A DNA stretch of 64,000 nucleotides from Malacoraja senta (GCA_038087875.1 CM075989.1:6200001-6264000); one strand, 5' to 3'; shown: positions 24,745-38,165, counted from the stretch's first letter. The notes: generated from the sequence alone by a model not told the origin. A program made the numbers and translations.

Positions 24745-25430
24745 ACACACGTGATCTCCCGGTTGCCAAACACTTTGACTCCCCTTCCCATTCCCACACT
24801 GACCTTTCTGTCCTGGGCCTCCTCCATTGTCAGAATGAGGCAAGTTGGAGGAGCAGGACCTCATATTTCACTTGGGCAGCAGCTTACAACCCAGCAGTAT
24901 GAACATTGAAGGTAGACAAAAAGCTGGAGAAACTCAGCGGGTGAGGCAGCAACTCGACCCAAAACGTCACCCATTCCTTCGCTCCATGGATGCTGCCTCA
25001 CCCGCTGAGTTTCTCCAGCTTTTTGTCTGCCTTCTATTTTTCCAGCATCTGCAGTTCCTTCTTAAACAGTATGAACATTGATGTCTCTAACTTGAAGTAA
25101 CTCTTGCATCCCTTCTCTCCGTCTCTCCCCCACCCTAGTCACCGTACTGGTTTCACTGTGGTCCTGTTGAGTTTTGATGTCTGCATAACTCATTATCAGC
25201 TAGCCCACAGCGAACAATGGACTGTTTCCATGAAGATCGCCACTTTTTTGCATATCTTTAATTAATTTGTTCTATATCTCCCTTTCCCTTTCCCCTGACT
25301 CTCAGTCTGCACAAGGGTCTCGACCCGAGACGCCCCCCATCCCTTCTCTCCAGAGATGCTGCCTGACCCGCTGAGTTACTACAGCTTATTGTGTCTACCC
25401 TTCGATTTCAATCAGCATCTGCAGCTTGGT
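24745..25430 (+). mobile_element. Penelope 3' fragment with a nested fold-back module (24910-25066)
   Basis: DLPVAKHFDSPSHSHTDLSVLGLLHCQ; 15-bp TSD CAGTATGAACATTGA around the nested unit. Confidence 0.85.
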
Positions 25431-25754
25431 TGGCTGGTTGTCCAAACCCTCAGCAGCTGGGAAAGGCGGAATGTTTCACACAATCATTTAGCATAACGAA
25501 TTAAAATTAGAGCTTGCAATAACCTCATCCTGATTAATTGTGGCATGGATCCTATATACGTTGGGCAGAGTCAACAATTACCATCGCTTCCAAGAGTGGG
25601 AGTTTGCGGGAAGGCAGTGGTTATTCCCAGTAAAATGCTGGTGATGTTTGGAACATTACAACGGAATCAGAAAACTGGAAACAGAATGAGAAAGGAAGTT
25701 GGTTTAGGCCAAGTTTAGGATTATTATAGTCATGAAGGCAGGAGAATGGGGTTA

Positions 25755-26284
25755 AGGGGCTGTCCCACTTGGGCGACCTAATTGGCGAGCTTAGAAGAGT
25801 TTAGGAGAGTTTGAAAAAATGTCATGTTGAAGACCTCCTTCGACCTCTTTCGACTATGTTGAAGACCAGCTTCGACTAGCTACGACTAACTTCGGGAAAA
25901 TTGGACACCGAATAGTGGAGAGTGAAGACGACTTCCTTCGATCTCCTTCGACCTCCCTTCGACTATGATGAAGACTATCTACGACTACCTTCGACTACCC
26001 TCGATTACCTACGACTAACATGCCGACCTACTACGACTAAACCTACGAGTAAAAAAAGTATCGATTTTTTCCATGGCGACCTTTTTTTACTCGCGGGCAT
26101 TTTTCAACACGTTGAAAAATACGCCGCGACCTAGCTGAGGCCTCGAGTACGCGGGGACTGCTCCCGAGCATGAAGGAGAGTTACAAAGACCTCCTAGGAC
26201 CTCGTGTCGACCACGCTGCGAGTATGAGTCGAGGGCAAACTCGCCAGAACTCGCGGGTTAGGTCGCCCAAGTGGGACAGGCCCT
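25755..26284. mobile_element. PIF/Harbinger-type MITE (long CGAC-repeat subfamily) inserted in a CR1 tail
   Basis: AGGGGCTGTCCCACTTGGGCGACCTAA...TTAGGTCGCCCAAGTGGGACAGGCCCT; flanks TTA/TCA. Confidence 0.88.
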
Positions 26285-26558
26285 TCAGGAGGGAGAGGTA
26301 GATCAGCCATGATTGAATGTCAGAGTAGATTTGATGGGCCAGATGGCCTAATTCTGCTCCTATCACTTCTGATCTTATGATCTTACGATGTGTACCAAGT
26401 TACAGTGAGAAGCTTTGTTTTGCATGCTATCCAAACAGCTCAGATATACTGTACATAAATAGTCAAACACGGGTACAATAGATAGGGCAAAGGGTAAGAT
26501 GCGGAGTGCAGAATATAGTTCTCAGCACAGTAGCAGTAGAGAGAAAAGAGGGAGGGAG

Positions 26559-27250
<692 letters not shown>

Positions 27251-27917
27251 AAAGAGGGATAGACTGGGCAAGAGTAGATCGCTAAATGTACTAAATGCGC
27301 CCACTTTTTTGTGTCTAATCCTAAGTAGCTGCAACAGTTCCATTATTTTCGGCATCATCATATAATTCTTGCTGCCCCACCTGCACGATGGAAGGTTCCC
27401 AAAATGTCAATTTGGTTCCTCTAATCCTTGATCTCCAAAAACACGTTTCCACTCACCACCAAATTGTATCTGCCGCAGAGGAGGTTTAGTCGCCCGTTTA
27501 ATAGTTAAGGCAAGCCTAAAGTCGGCAACCTGACAGAGTTGAATGCATTCAGCCAACATGAGGGGCAGAATCCAAGCCAGAGAGCGAGGGGGTGGGTGAG
27601 CAAGAATCAGAAGCGAACAACAAGACAAATGGCAAGTTCCTGACAGCTGAGAATTGCATCTTCATGGGTAAACAAGCTGCACAGCTGTAGCTCTGATGGG
27701 CTGCGCGGGAGGCTACCATATTTACACTCGTAACAGATGTAGAAACTATCCAGTTTCTACCCGGCTTAAAGGTCAAGCAAATAGGCTGAGATTTATTTTT
27801 GCTATGTCCAGCAGTTTAGAGCAGGAGTTCATCAGATGATGTTAGGACCATGCAATAGTTTGAATGCTGCAATCAAGGAATTAAAAGGAAACCCCCCGTT
27901 CCACAAGCTATTCCACT

Positions 27918-28395
27918 GCCAAGGTTCATTCCCGGGTTGGCGGGACTGTCATATGCTGAGAGAATGGAGTGGCTGGGCTTGTACACTCTGGAGTTTAGAA
28001 GGATGAGAGGGTATCTCATTGAAACATATAAGATTGTTAAGGGTTTGGACACGCTAGAGGCAGGAAACATGTTCCCGATGTTGGGGGAATCCAGAACCAG
28101 GGGCCACAGTTTAAGAATAAGGAGTAAGCCATTTAGAACGGAGACGAGGAAAACACTTTTTCTCACAGAGAGTGGTGAGTCTGTGGAATTCTCTGCCTCA
28201 GTTGTGGCCGGTTCTCTGGATGCTTTCAAGAGAGAGCTAGAGAGGGCTCTTAAATATAACGGAGTCAGGGGATATGGGGAGAAGGCAGGAACGGGGTACT
28301 GATTGGAAATGATCAGCCATGATCACATTGAATGGTGGTGCTGGCTCGAAGTGCCGAATGGCCTACTCCTGCACCTATTGTCTATTGTCTATTGT
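27918..28395 (+). mobile_element. CR1 3' fragment, (CTATTGT)n-tail subfamily
   Basis: AGLSYAERMEWLGLYTLEFRRMRGYLIETYKIVKGLD. Confidence 0.92.
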
Positions 28396-28615
28396 CATCC
28401 GTCGAGACTCAGTGAACATTCTCTTTCCCTTCTGTCGGAAAATGTATGTTCAAGTCCCACTCCAACAAAGTTTGGCTGGCTGGCATTCCCGGGCTGTGTG
28501 GAGTGAGTGTTGCTCTCACACCAGTGTTATTTTGAAGGCAATCTTGTGATCTATACCCCAATCAATAATTTCTAAATACAGAATCTTGTAAAAGCTTATT
28601 TTGGGCTAATCCTTA

Positions 28616-29057
28616 AGGCGCTATCCCACTTGGGCGACCTAATTGGCGAGTTTAGAAGATACGACTAACTTCGGGAAAATTGGACACCGAATAGTGGAGA
28701 GTGAAGACGACCTCCTTTGATCTTCTTCGACCTCCCTTCGACTATGATGAAGACTTTCTATGACTACCTTCGACTACCCTCGATTACCCACGACTAACAT
28801 GCCGACCTCCTTCGACTAAACCTACGAGTAAAAAAAGTATCGACTTTTTCCATGGCGACCTTTTTTCAGTCGCGGGCATTTTTCAACATTTTTATTTTTA
28901 AAACGGCACAACCTAGCTGAGGCCTCGAGTACGCGGAGACCACTCGAGCATGAAGGAGAGTTACGAAGACCTCCTACGACCTCGTGTCGACCATGCTGCG
29001 AGTATGAGTCGAGGGCAAACTCGCCAGAACTCGCGGATTAGGTCGCCCAAGTGCCCT
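28616..29057. mobile_element. PIF/Harbinger-type MITE (internally deleted copy of the 25755 subfamily)
   Basis: Same internal sequence; TTA/TTA flanks; damaged right TIR. Confidence 0.82.
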
Positions 29058-29151
29058 TTACCATTTCCACACTTCCTCATGACATAGTAAGAGGCCATTC
29101 AGCCCATTGAGTCTATGTTGAGGTTCAGAGCATCAATTCCATTCTCCCACT

Positions 29152-29440
29152 TATTTAGTTTAATTTCATTTGCAGACACAGGGCGGAAGCAGGCCCTTCG
29201 GCCCAACCAGCGATCCCCGTACACTAGCACGATCCCGCACAGTAGGGACAATTTACGATTTTTACCAAAGCCAATTGACCTACAAACCCGTACGTCTTTA
29301 GAATGCGGGAAGGAACTGGAGCACCCGGGGAAAGCCCACGCAGTCACAGGACGTAAGTGCAAACTCCGTACAAACAACACCCGTAGTCAGGATCGAACTT
29401 GAGTCTCTGGCGCTGTAAGACAGCTATTCTACCTCTGCCC
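29152..29440 (-). mobile_element. HE1-like V-SINE
   Basis: Core and B box. Confidence 0.85.
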
Positions 29441-30099
29441 TCTGGAACCCATTCGCTCCCTCATGGTCATCAACTCCCCTCCATTTTTTTGTCCTCCATG
29501 TTCAGTAGGGTAACCTTCAACAACCAATTAATCAAAGAATGTGTCTTTGGGAGGTGAAACCAGAGCACTCAGACGGAAAGCCACAGAGTCATAGAGAGAT
29601 CTTTGATCCTTGGAACAGTGAGGTATCAGCACTGGCTACTGTATCACTATGCTCTTAGCTAAGTGGCTGCTATGTTTTCCACGTACAATACCTTGAAAGA
29701 CACAGTTCTGATAAAAGATCTTTGATGTAATCTGAAGAAGGGTCTCGATCTAAAACGCCACCCATTCCTTCTCTCCAGAGATGCTGCCTGTCCCGCTGAG
29801 TTACTCCAGGATTTTGTGTCCACCTTTGTTGTAAACCAGCAGATCCTTCCTACGCATTGATTTAACAAATCATCCGTTTCCCCGTCCATGTCCTGAACTG
29901 GTGAGAACCTCCAGTCCTTTCAATATCTAATTACCTGGATTATTTTGCTTTTGGATTCAAGAAGGATTTCCTCAGATGCAACGAGTTTTGCGATCAATAA
30001 TGGACAGTGTAAATGTAAGACTTCTCTTTCTCCCTTCAGCTGAGGAGACATGGAGAGCTTCACTGCCTGAACTAAGATTGACCTACTTAGAACACGGCC

Positions 30100-30317
30100 T
30101 AACACGGTGGTAGAGTTGCCACCTTGCAGCGCCAGAGACCCGGGTTCAATCCTGACTACAGGTGCTGTCTGTACGGAGTTTGTACGTTCACCCTGTGACC
30201 ACGTGGGTTTTCTCCGGGTGCTCCGGCTTCCTCCCACACTCCAAAGACGTACAGGTTTGTAGATTAATTGGCATCTGTAAAATTGTAAATTGTCCCTGGT
30301 GTGTAGGATAGTGTTAG
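30100..30317 (+). mobile_element. HE1-like V-SINE (3' truncated)
   Basis: Head and core, broken at gatagtgttag. Confidence 0.85.
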
Positions 30318-30560
30318 CAGGGCTGCCAACTCTCACGCATTGAGCGTGAGACTAACGCATTTGAGGAAATTCTCACACTCTCACGCTGATGACAGAAGTT
30401 CTCACGCTCAAAAAAATATTTAAAAAAATATATGAATAAATAAATAGTCACACTCCTCCACACTCACCAATGAGAATAGTGTTTCTGTCGGCGGGTTCCC
30501 CGTAAAGAATGAGCAATTTTATTGGCTTAAGCCCATCGCACACTATTTAAAATGGCAATG
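30318..30560. mobile_element. One end of a hAT-like DNA transposon
   Basis: CAGGGCTGCCAAC terminus with subterminal ctcacgc repeats; the partner TIR is not seen. Confidence 0.55.
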
Positions 30561-30699
30561 TAGACAAAAAAGCTGGAGAAACTCAGCAGGTGAGGCAGCA
30601 TCTATGTCTGAGTTTGAACCTTCTTCAGACTCAAGCATTTCTCCAGCATTTTTGTCTACCGCTCTATAGATGCTGCCTCACCCGCATTCACATTCCCGT

Positions 30700-31012
30700 G
30701 CCACAGTTTAAGAATAAGGGAATAAGGAGTAAGCCATTTAGAACAGAGACGAGGAAACACTTTTTCTCACAGAGAGTTGTGAGTCTGTGGAATTCTCTGC
30801 CTCAGAGGGCGATGGAGGCCGGTTCTCTGGATGCTTTCAAGAGAGAGCGAGATAGGGCTCTTAAAGATAGCGGAGTCAGGGGAAATGGGGAGAAGGCAGG
30901 AACGGGGTACTGATTGGGGATGATCAGCCATGATCACATTGAATGGCGGTGCTGGCTCGAAGGGCAGAATGGCCTACTCCTGCACCTATTGTCTATTGTC
31001 TATTGTCTATTG
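30700..31012 (+). mobile_element. CR1 3' fragment
   Basis: FFSQRVVSLWNSLPQRAMEAGSLDAFKRE; (CTATTGT)n. Confidence 0.9.
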
Positions 31013-31732
31013 CTTCCCCATTCAGAACGCATTTCCCCAGGGAAGAGATAAGTATAATTGTAGAACACTCTCACTCGAGAAGGGCATGTGACTTGGGGGT
31101 GCATTTAAAATTTAATAACCGGCAGATGTTTCAATAAAGCAAAATCCTGCCAATGCTGGAAATCTGAAATAAAATCAGAAAATGGTGGAAACACTCAGCA
31201 GGTCAGGCAGCATCTGTGGAAAGGGAGACAGAGTCTGAAGAAGGATCTCGACCTGAAACGTCACCCATTCCTTTTCTCCAGAGATGCTGCCTGTCCCACT
31301 GAGCTACTAAAGCATTTTGTGTCTGTCTGTGGGGATAATGTGTCAGGTCGAACACCTGCAAAGGAAAAATTATAATTCTTCCTAATTCTGATGAAAACTA
31401 ACTTTTAGAGAGGAAGAGAATCATGTAACATGGAAACAGGCCCACGCCGACCAACATGTCCAATCCACACTGGTCACACCTGCCTGCGTTTGTCCCATAT
31501 CTTTCTAAACCTGTCCTATCCATGTACCTGTTCAAATGTTTCTTAAACATTGCAATAGTACCAGTCTCAACTATCCCATCCGGCAGCTCTGAATGTTAGC
31601 TCTGTTTGTCTCTCCCTCGATAGACCTGGGGCCTGGTCTGAGGCTAGATTTTTGAAACGTGCAATTATTAAGAGTTGAGGTGGGTAAACAGAGTTTATGC
31701 TGAACCAAACTGTGGTCTGATTGAATAACAGC

Positions 31733-32582
31733 CTTTTTCACACAAAGGGTGGTGGATGTATGGAACCAGCTGCCAGAGGAGGTAGTGGAGGCTGGGACGA
31801 CCCCAACACTTAAGAAACAGTTAGACAGGTACATGGATAGGAAAGGTTTGGATCAAACACAGGCAGGTCTCCTCCCGCCTCGATTACTGCAACTCCCTTT
31901 ACACTGGCATCAGCCAATCTTCCCTGTCCCGCCTGCAACTGGTCCAAAACGCCGCAGTGAGACTCCTGACGGGCACCCGAAAAAGGGACCACATCACCCC
32001 GATCCTGGCCTCTCTCCACTGGCTCCCTGTGCGGTTCCGAATAAAGTTCAAGATCCTTCTTTATGTTTACAAAGCCCTTACCGGGCTTGCCCCCACCTAC
32101 ATCAAAAGTCTGCTTACCCACCACACCACCTCCGGGTCCCTCAGATCAGCCGACTTGGGGTTACTGAACGGTCTTAGGCGCGGTCTAGGCATAAGCTCAG
32201 GGGTGACCGCGCCTTTGCGGTTGCAGCTCCTAGACTGTGGAACAGCATCCCCCTTCCCATCAGAACTGCCCCCTCCATCGACTCTTTTAAGTCGAGACTT
32301 AAAACTCATCTTTACTCTCAAGCCTTTCTTGACGTCCTCTGAGGGAGGGCTATATGTATGTATTTATGTATGTACTTAATCTATGAACCACTGTTGTATA
32401 ACGTTAGTACCTCCACCAATGTAAAGCACTTTGGTCAACGAGAGTTGTTTTTTAAATGTGCTATAGAAATAAAAGTGACTTGAGTTGACTTGACTTGTGT
32501 AGCTGGGACATGTTGTCTGTTGTGGGCAAGTTGGGCCGAAGGGCCCGTTTCCATGCTGTATGAATTTATGACGATATGACTC
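31733..32582 (+). mobile_element. HER1-like LINE 3' end split by an L2
   Basis: VVDVWNQLPEEVVEAGT...; tail resumes at about 32497. Confidence 0.78.
31868..32496 (+). mobile_element. L2-clade LINE 3' fragment
   Basis: SRLDYCNSL...QLVQNAAVRLLTGTRKRDHITPILASLHWLPVRFRIKFKILL; (TGACT)n tail. Confidence 0.92.
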
Positions 32583-33449
32583 TAAGACAGAGTGATCGGC
32601 CCACTCTTGTCCCTATAATTGCTTCGGTGTAAGGTCTAGTAAATGTTATTTACTTTGTTTAATACATACTGATGGAGCAAGGGAGGTGCAGCTGCAAGTG
32701 CTAAACTGGGCAGATTCTGTGTCCCTGGTATCCAACACAACACCTATCATGTTGTCAATGGAAACGGCTTTTGCAAACAATCCTCATCCTTTCCTCACTC
32801 TGTTTGTACTTCAAAGCTTTGGCTTTGTCTTGCATGATATTCGGTCGAGTGTTGTTTTAAGGATCTGAATCTGTCATAAAAAAATGGGGTGGGTCCTGGT
32901 AGAAAAGGGCAGTAAACAGAACTACGATCTAGTAAATGCAGGCATTGGCTTGTGGATTAACCTTTCATATCTCCTTTCGTTAGTGAGAATGAATGCTTCA
33001 TCCCACATTGCTGACTGAGTCAATGGAACTGAAATACCTACAAGGGAGGCAGCAACTGTTTGCAACACTATGGCACTATTTATAAAGTGCTGGGTTGCAT
33101 ATCATTTTTTAGCAGCCTTCTCAACGTATCAAGCCACCTTGAAAGATGTATTGGCAGCCCAGATCTCTCCACTCCTGTGCTGCCTATAAAATTATACAGC
33201 TCACCTCATTCCCCCTTCACAAATAGTGCTCTTCATATTTCCATGTGCTATATTCTATCCACCATAAGTCCCCCCACTTCATTCATCTGCTTTCGTCTTC
33301 TGCAACCTGACAGTGTCCACTTGGATTTCCTGGGCTCTGTGTCATCCCCGAACATTACTAAAATACAAATTCAAGTGATGAGTTGAAACAAACAACAGCC
33401 CTATCATTCCCTCCTCTCTGTAAAAGTAACCATTTGCCAATACTCACTT

Positions 33450-33820
33450 ATAGAGTCACAGAGTGATACAGTGTGGAAACAGGCCCTTCGGCCCAACTTG
33501 GACACATGTCCCAGCTACACTAGTCCCGCCTGCCCGCACTTGGTCCATATCCCTTCAAACCTGTCCTATCAATGTACCTGTCTAACTGTCTATCTCAAAC
33601 TTTGGGATAGTCCCAGCCTCCACTACCTCCTCTGGCAGCTTGTTCCATACACCCGCCACGCATTGTGTGAAATAGTTACCCCTCTGATTCCTATTAAATC
33701 TTTCCCTTTTCACAAACTTATGTCCTCTGGTCCTCGATTCCCCTACTCTGGGCAAGAGACTGTGCGTCTACCCGATCTATTCCTCTCATGATTTTATACA
33801 CTTCTACATGATCATCCCTC
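33450..33820 (-). mobile_element. HER1-like LINE 3' end
   Basis: Reverse complement of the 34180-34720 type. Confidence 0.8.
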
Positions 33821-34069
33821 AGTCTCACCTTCTTTTCTACTTTTAGCCACGATCATAGTCATGATCCTTTTGGCACCATCTATTCAAGTCTGCTGAGTGC
33901 AACAATATTTTATGGGGACAGAGGGTGTAGGAGGAAATTCCAATGCCTTCTAAACTAAAATAGCACAACTAATTTGGAAAAAGAGACTGGTTTAGTAGCT
34001 GCCACAAAGCATCTAAATTCATTTGCGCCAAGGTCTTGGTTGAACATTACCAATCATTATCAACAAGCT

Positions 34070-34722
34070 GGAACGGGCGCAGAGAAGATTCACGAGGATG
34101 TTGCCAGGACTCTAGGGACTGAGTTATGGGGAGAGGTTGAACAGGCTGGGATTCTATTCCTTGAAGTGCAGGAGGATGAGGGGTGATCTTATAGAGGTGT
34201 ACAAAATCATGAGAGGAATAAATAGGGTAGATGCGCAAAGTCTCTTTCGCAGAGTAGGGGAATTGAGAACCAGGAGACATAGGTTTAAGGTGGGGGGGGG
34301 GGGGAAGATTTAATAAGAATCTAAGGGGTAACTTTTTCACGCAAAGAGCGGTAGGTGCCTGGAATGAGCTGCCAGAGGAGGTAGTTGAGGCAGATATTAT
34401 CGCAACTTTTAAGAAACATTTAGACAGGTAGAAACATAGAAAATAGATGCAGGAGTAGGCCATTCAGCCCTTCGAGCCAGCACCGTTATTCAATATGATC
34501 ATGGCTGATCGTCCAAAATCAGTACCCCATTCTGGCTTTTTCCCCATGGAAATTTGGTGGTGGGGGGGAGGGGGTCTTTGAACATCATGGATAGGACAGG
34601 TTTAGAGGGAAATGGGCCAAACGCAGGAAGGTGGGACTAGTATAGACGGGACATGTTGGCTGATATGGGCAAGTTGAGCTGAAGGGCCTGTTTCCACATG
34701 GTAAGACTATGACTATGACTCT
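34070..34722 (+). mobile_element. HER1-like CR1 LINE 3' fragment (with a CR1 tail inserted at 34430-34548)
   Basis: RFTRMLPGL..LSYGERLNRLGFYSLKCRRMRGDLIEVYKIMRG; HE1-shared tail. Confidence 0.85.
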
Positions 34723-35009
34723 ATTTTGCTGTGCTCAATTTTCAGCCACCCAGCTCTCCTTTCCCAAGGCAACGTTTCAGAGGTTGGCCACAGCTGGGCT
34801 ACGGAGAACAGGAACGTTGGAACTGAAGTTGCTGATGGGTATTTGGAATTCAGGCTCCCAGAATTGGTTTGGGATTGGGCATGGGGACAATTTGGTAGGG
34901 GGGTAAAAAACCCCAGCATAAAACCCAGAGAGATTGAGGTGGCAGTCTTCAGACAGAAAATAGGGGTTCTTTGGGGGGTGATGAGTTGAAGGCAAGAAAA
35001 GACCAGGAC

Positions 35010-35330
35010 CATTCAGGACCGGTCACAAATAACTTCAGGCAGGGCATTGCCTGGTAGGCCCAGGATGGCTCAGGATGGTGTGATCTCAGGAGAAACAGTG
35101 TGGAGAACTGTGGAGCTGGTAAAGCAACTAGGGTGGAGGAAGGGGGGCAAGGAGGAAGGGAAGGGGAGTGTAAGATGAAGTTACTTAAAATTAGAGAATA
35201 CAATGTTCTTGCTGCTGGGTTGTAAGCTACTCAAGCGAAATATGCGATGCTGTTCCTCCAATTTGCCTGTGGCCTCTCTCTGGCAATCTTTGACATAAAC
35301 CTGTATTTGCAGTTCTTTGTTTCAACAATT
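35010..35330 (-). mobile_element. Degenerate Penelope 3' fragment
   Basis: Homologous to 10860-11000. Confidence 0.6.
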
Positions 35331-35483
35331 ACAAAGGTACTTTATTCAAGAAAGTAAAAGCTTGTGGCGAGGTATCTCGCCTTCACCATGGCTTATTTCC
35401 AGATAGCAGGTACTATCCAGTTCTTTACTAAAACATGTCTATCCACGACTTAGAGAGCAAATGACCATATACCAGAACCCTAA

Positions 35484-35673
35484 AGGGCCTGTCCCACTTA
35501 CGTGATTTTTTTTGGCGACTGCTGGCACCTGTCATAGTCGCAGCAGGTCGCCGGAAATTTTCAACATGTTGAAAATCCAGCGCCGACCAGAAAAAGGTAC
35601 GACTCTTTGGGAGACTACTCACGACCATACAGGCGTCACATGCCGAAAACATTGCGTAAGTAGGACAGGCCCT
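35484..35673. mobile_element. PIF/Harbinger-type MITE
   Basis: AGGGCCTGTCCCACTTACG...CGTAAGTAGGACAGGCCCT; TAA/TAA. Confidence 0.88.
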
Positions 35674-36244
35674 TAAGACACCCCCGTACAAGATTACTTA
35701 AACACCTAGGTTAGACCACTGCCTCAGTCAAAGAATAAAATACATAAAAACTGAGATAGACACAAAGTGGAGAAAAGGAATAGGTGGCGTTTCGGATCCC
35801 TTCTTCAGACTCTTCTGAGGTTCAGAGAAAAAATGTGTTAGAGCAGCAGATGGTGCAATAAGTTTCGATTTCAACACAATGGGAACAACCTTTCATTTTC
35901 AGATGCTGGTTTATACCAAAGTTTGCCAGAGTGATGCCACACGCAAATGAACACAATGAATAAAATGTTAACCATTTTGCCTGTGAATGCATTGTTGACT
36001 TCAACTAGTTCTTCTCAAATTGTCCATCTATTGAAGAAGTCCAGGTCAAAACTGGCTTTGAGATTCACAGAAAATGTTGAAAATACTCAGCAGGTAAGGC
36101 AGCATTTTGGAAAGAGAGTAAGAAGTATTAAATCTGTTTGTCTTTCCACAGATGCTACCTAAGGCACTGAGTGGTCCCAGTATTCTCTCACCCTCTGTAA
36201 AGCATCCACTTAATTCCTGTAATGGGCGGCATGGTGGCGTGGAG

Positions 36245-36495
36245 GTAGGCCAGTGATTCCTGTACACTAGCGCTATCCTACACACTCGGGACAATTTACA
36301 ATTTTTACCGAAGCCAATTAAATGACAAACCTGCACGTCTTTGGAGTGTGGGAGGAAACCGGAGCACCCGGAGAAAACCCACGCGGTCATGGTCAAAGTG
36401 TACAAACTCCGTACAGACAGCACCTGTAGTCAGGATCGAACCATGGTCTCTGGCGCTGCAAGGAAGCAACTCTACCGCTGCGCCACCGTACCACC
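36245..36495 (-). mobile_element. HE1-like V-SINE
   Basis: Core and head. Confidence 0.85.
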
Positions 36496-36994
36496 CAAGT
36501 GCCAAAATGAAACTACAGAAATATAAGATGTTGTATATAAATAGTCCACTTCTCTAATGATTGAAATTATGAGCCTGCTCAGTAATACCTATTGGATAAA
36601 GTAAGAAAGCAGCTATTTCTATCTGTCACCATGAAGGTTGGGCAAGTCAGTGGCAGATACAGTTCAATACATTTAAACTCAAAGAACTAGTTTTAATTAA
36701 ACAAATAATCTTGTCTTTCAGGGGAAGTAAATGTATGGACCAAATGAAAATGTTTAATAAAATGGAGGAACAAGTAAACTTCAATACAGACTAATTGATC
36801 TGAGAAAATTAATGAGCTGGTAGAAAAGATTGTAAATAAAGAAAATAGAATTCTCGAGCTTCTGTTTCTGTAAGTGGGTTAGAACTTTGCAAAGTGGTTC
36901 TGGAGGCTTCATTGCGCAGTGGGGAAGGGTTTGAGGGTGGCACAGGTCAGAGTGAAGTGGCACTTGGTCGAAGCCACCTCCATTCTGTTTCGGC

Positions 36995-37330
36995 ATGGGG
37001 CAGCACAGAGGCACAGCTAGCAAAGCCGCTGCCTGACAGATCCAGAGACCCCGGTTCAATCCTGACTTCGGGTGCTGCCTGTGTGGAGCTTGCACGTTCT
37101 CCCCGTGACCACGTGGGTTTCCGCTGATGTTCCGGTTTCCTCCCACCTCCCAAAGAAATGTTGAATCTGTGGATTAATATTCCTTGGTGGGTAGGTGAGT
37201 GTTAGCATGTTGAAGGAATTGTGGGAATGTGGGATGTATATAATGTTGGATTCATGTAGGATTAATTAAAATGCTTGGTTGATGGTTAACATGGACTTGG
37301 TGGGCCAAAGGGTCTGTTTCCATACTGTAT
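36995..37330 (+). mobile_element. Older HE1-like V-SINE
   Basis: Diverged head, core and tail. Confidence 0.75.
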
Positions 37331-37887
37331 AACGATGTGGGAAGCATATTATCGGGATAGAATGAAGACAATGAGAATTCAGTAAAATGTTACCAAGAAT
37401 TATAGGTATGGCTCAAAATACCTGTTTTGCTTACAACCTCACCACCGTACATAGCCATCCAATCCCCTCCCCGCCCCCAACACCTCATTCCCCTCACAAC
37501 TCTCTCCTTCACACTGTAATGGAGAGCTTACAGATGTTTTTATTCAAATTATGAGACTTTTTTAAGGAACAAATACTGAAAGATCATTTTCATTCATTTT
37601 CATCTGTTGACGAGGGGCTTTACACTTGCAGCCAACATTTGTTGTTTTAAGATTAAAATAAGGAATAGGAATAGTCATAAGTTACAAGGAACCTTGCAGC
37701 CAAAGGTGCAGGTTTTAATTGCGTTTAATTGTTGTAGTGCAGGAAATAGAGCAGCCAACGTCAACACTACAAACTTCCACCAAGGGTGCTTAGAATTATT
37801 GACTGAGGAATTAATACTGGAGCAGGAAGGCCAGGATATTTTACATTCTGGAGTCCTAGTTTAACATTCAATGCAAACAACAGTGAA

Positions 37888-38165
37888 GGTGGCACATTGG
37901 TACAGCTGGTAGAGCTGCTGCCTCACAGCGCCAGAGACCCGGGTTCCATCCTGACTTCAGGTACTGATTGTGTGGAGTTTGCACGTTCTCCCTGTGACTG
38001 CGTGGGCTTCCTCCCACATCCAAATATGTGAGGGTTTGTAGGTTAGTTTAGTTTAGTTTAGTTTGGACATAGAGCACGAAAACTAGTATGAACGGGTGAG
38101 CGATGGGCGGCGTGGACCTGTTGGGCCGAAGGGCCTGTTCCCTGTTGTGTCTATCAACCATAAAC
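37888..38165 (+). mobile_element. Older HE1-like V-SINE
   Basis: Head, core and tail. Confidence 0.75.

Noticed and set aside
34726..35012. Multiple overlapping ORFs in unique-looking DNA
   Set aside because: No recognisable domain or convincing splice sites; not clearly mitochondrial either.
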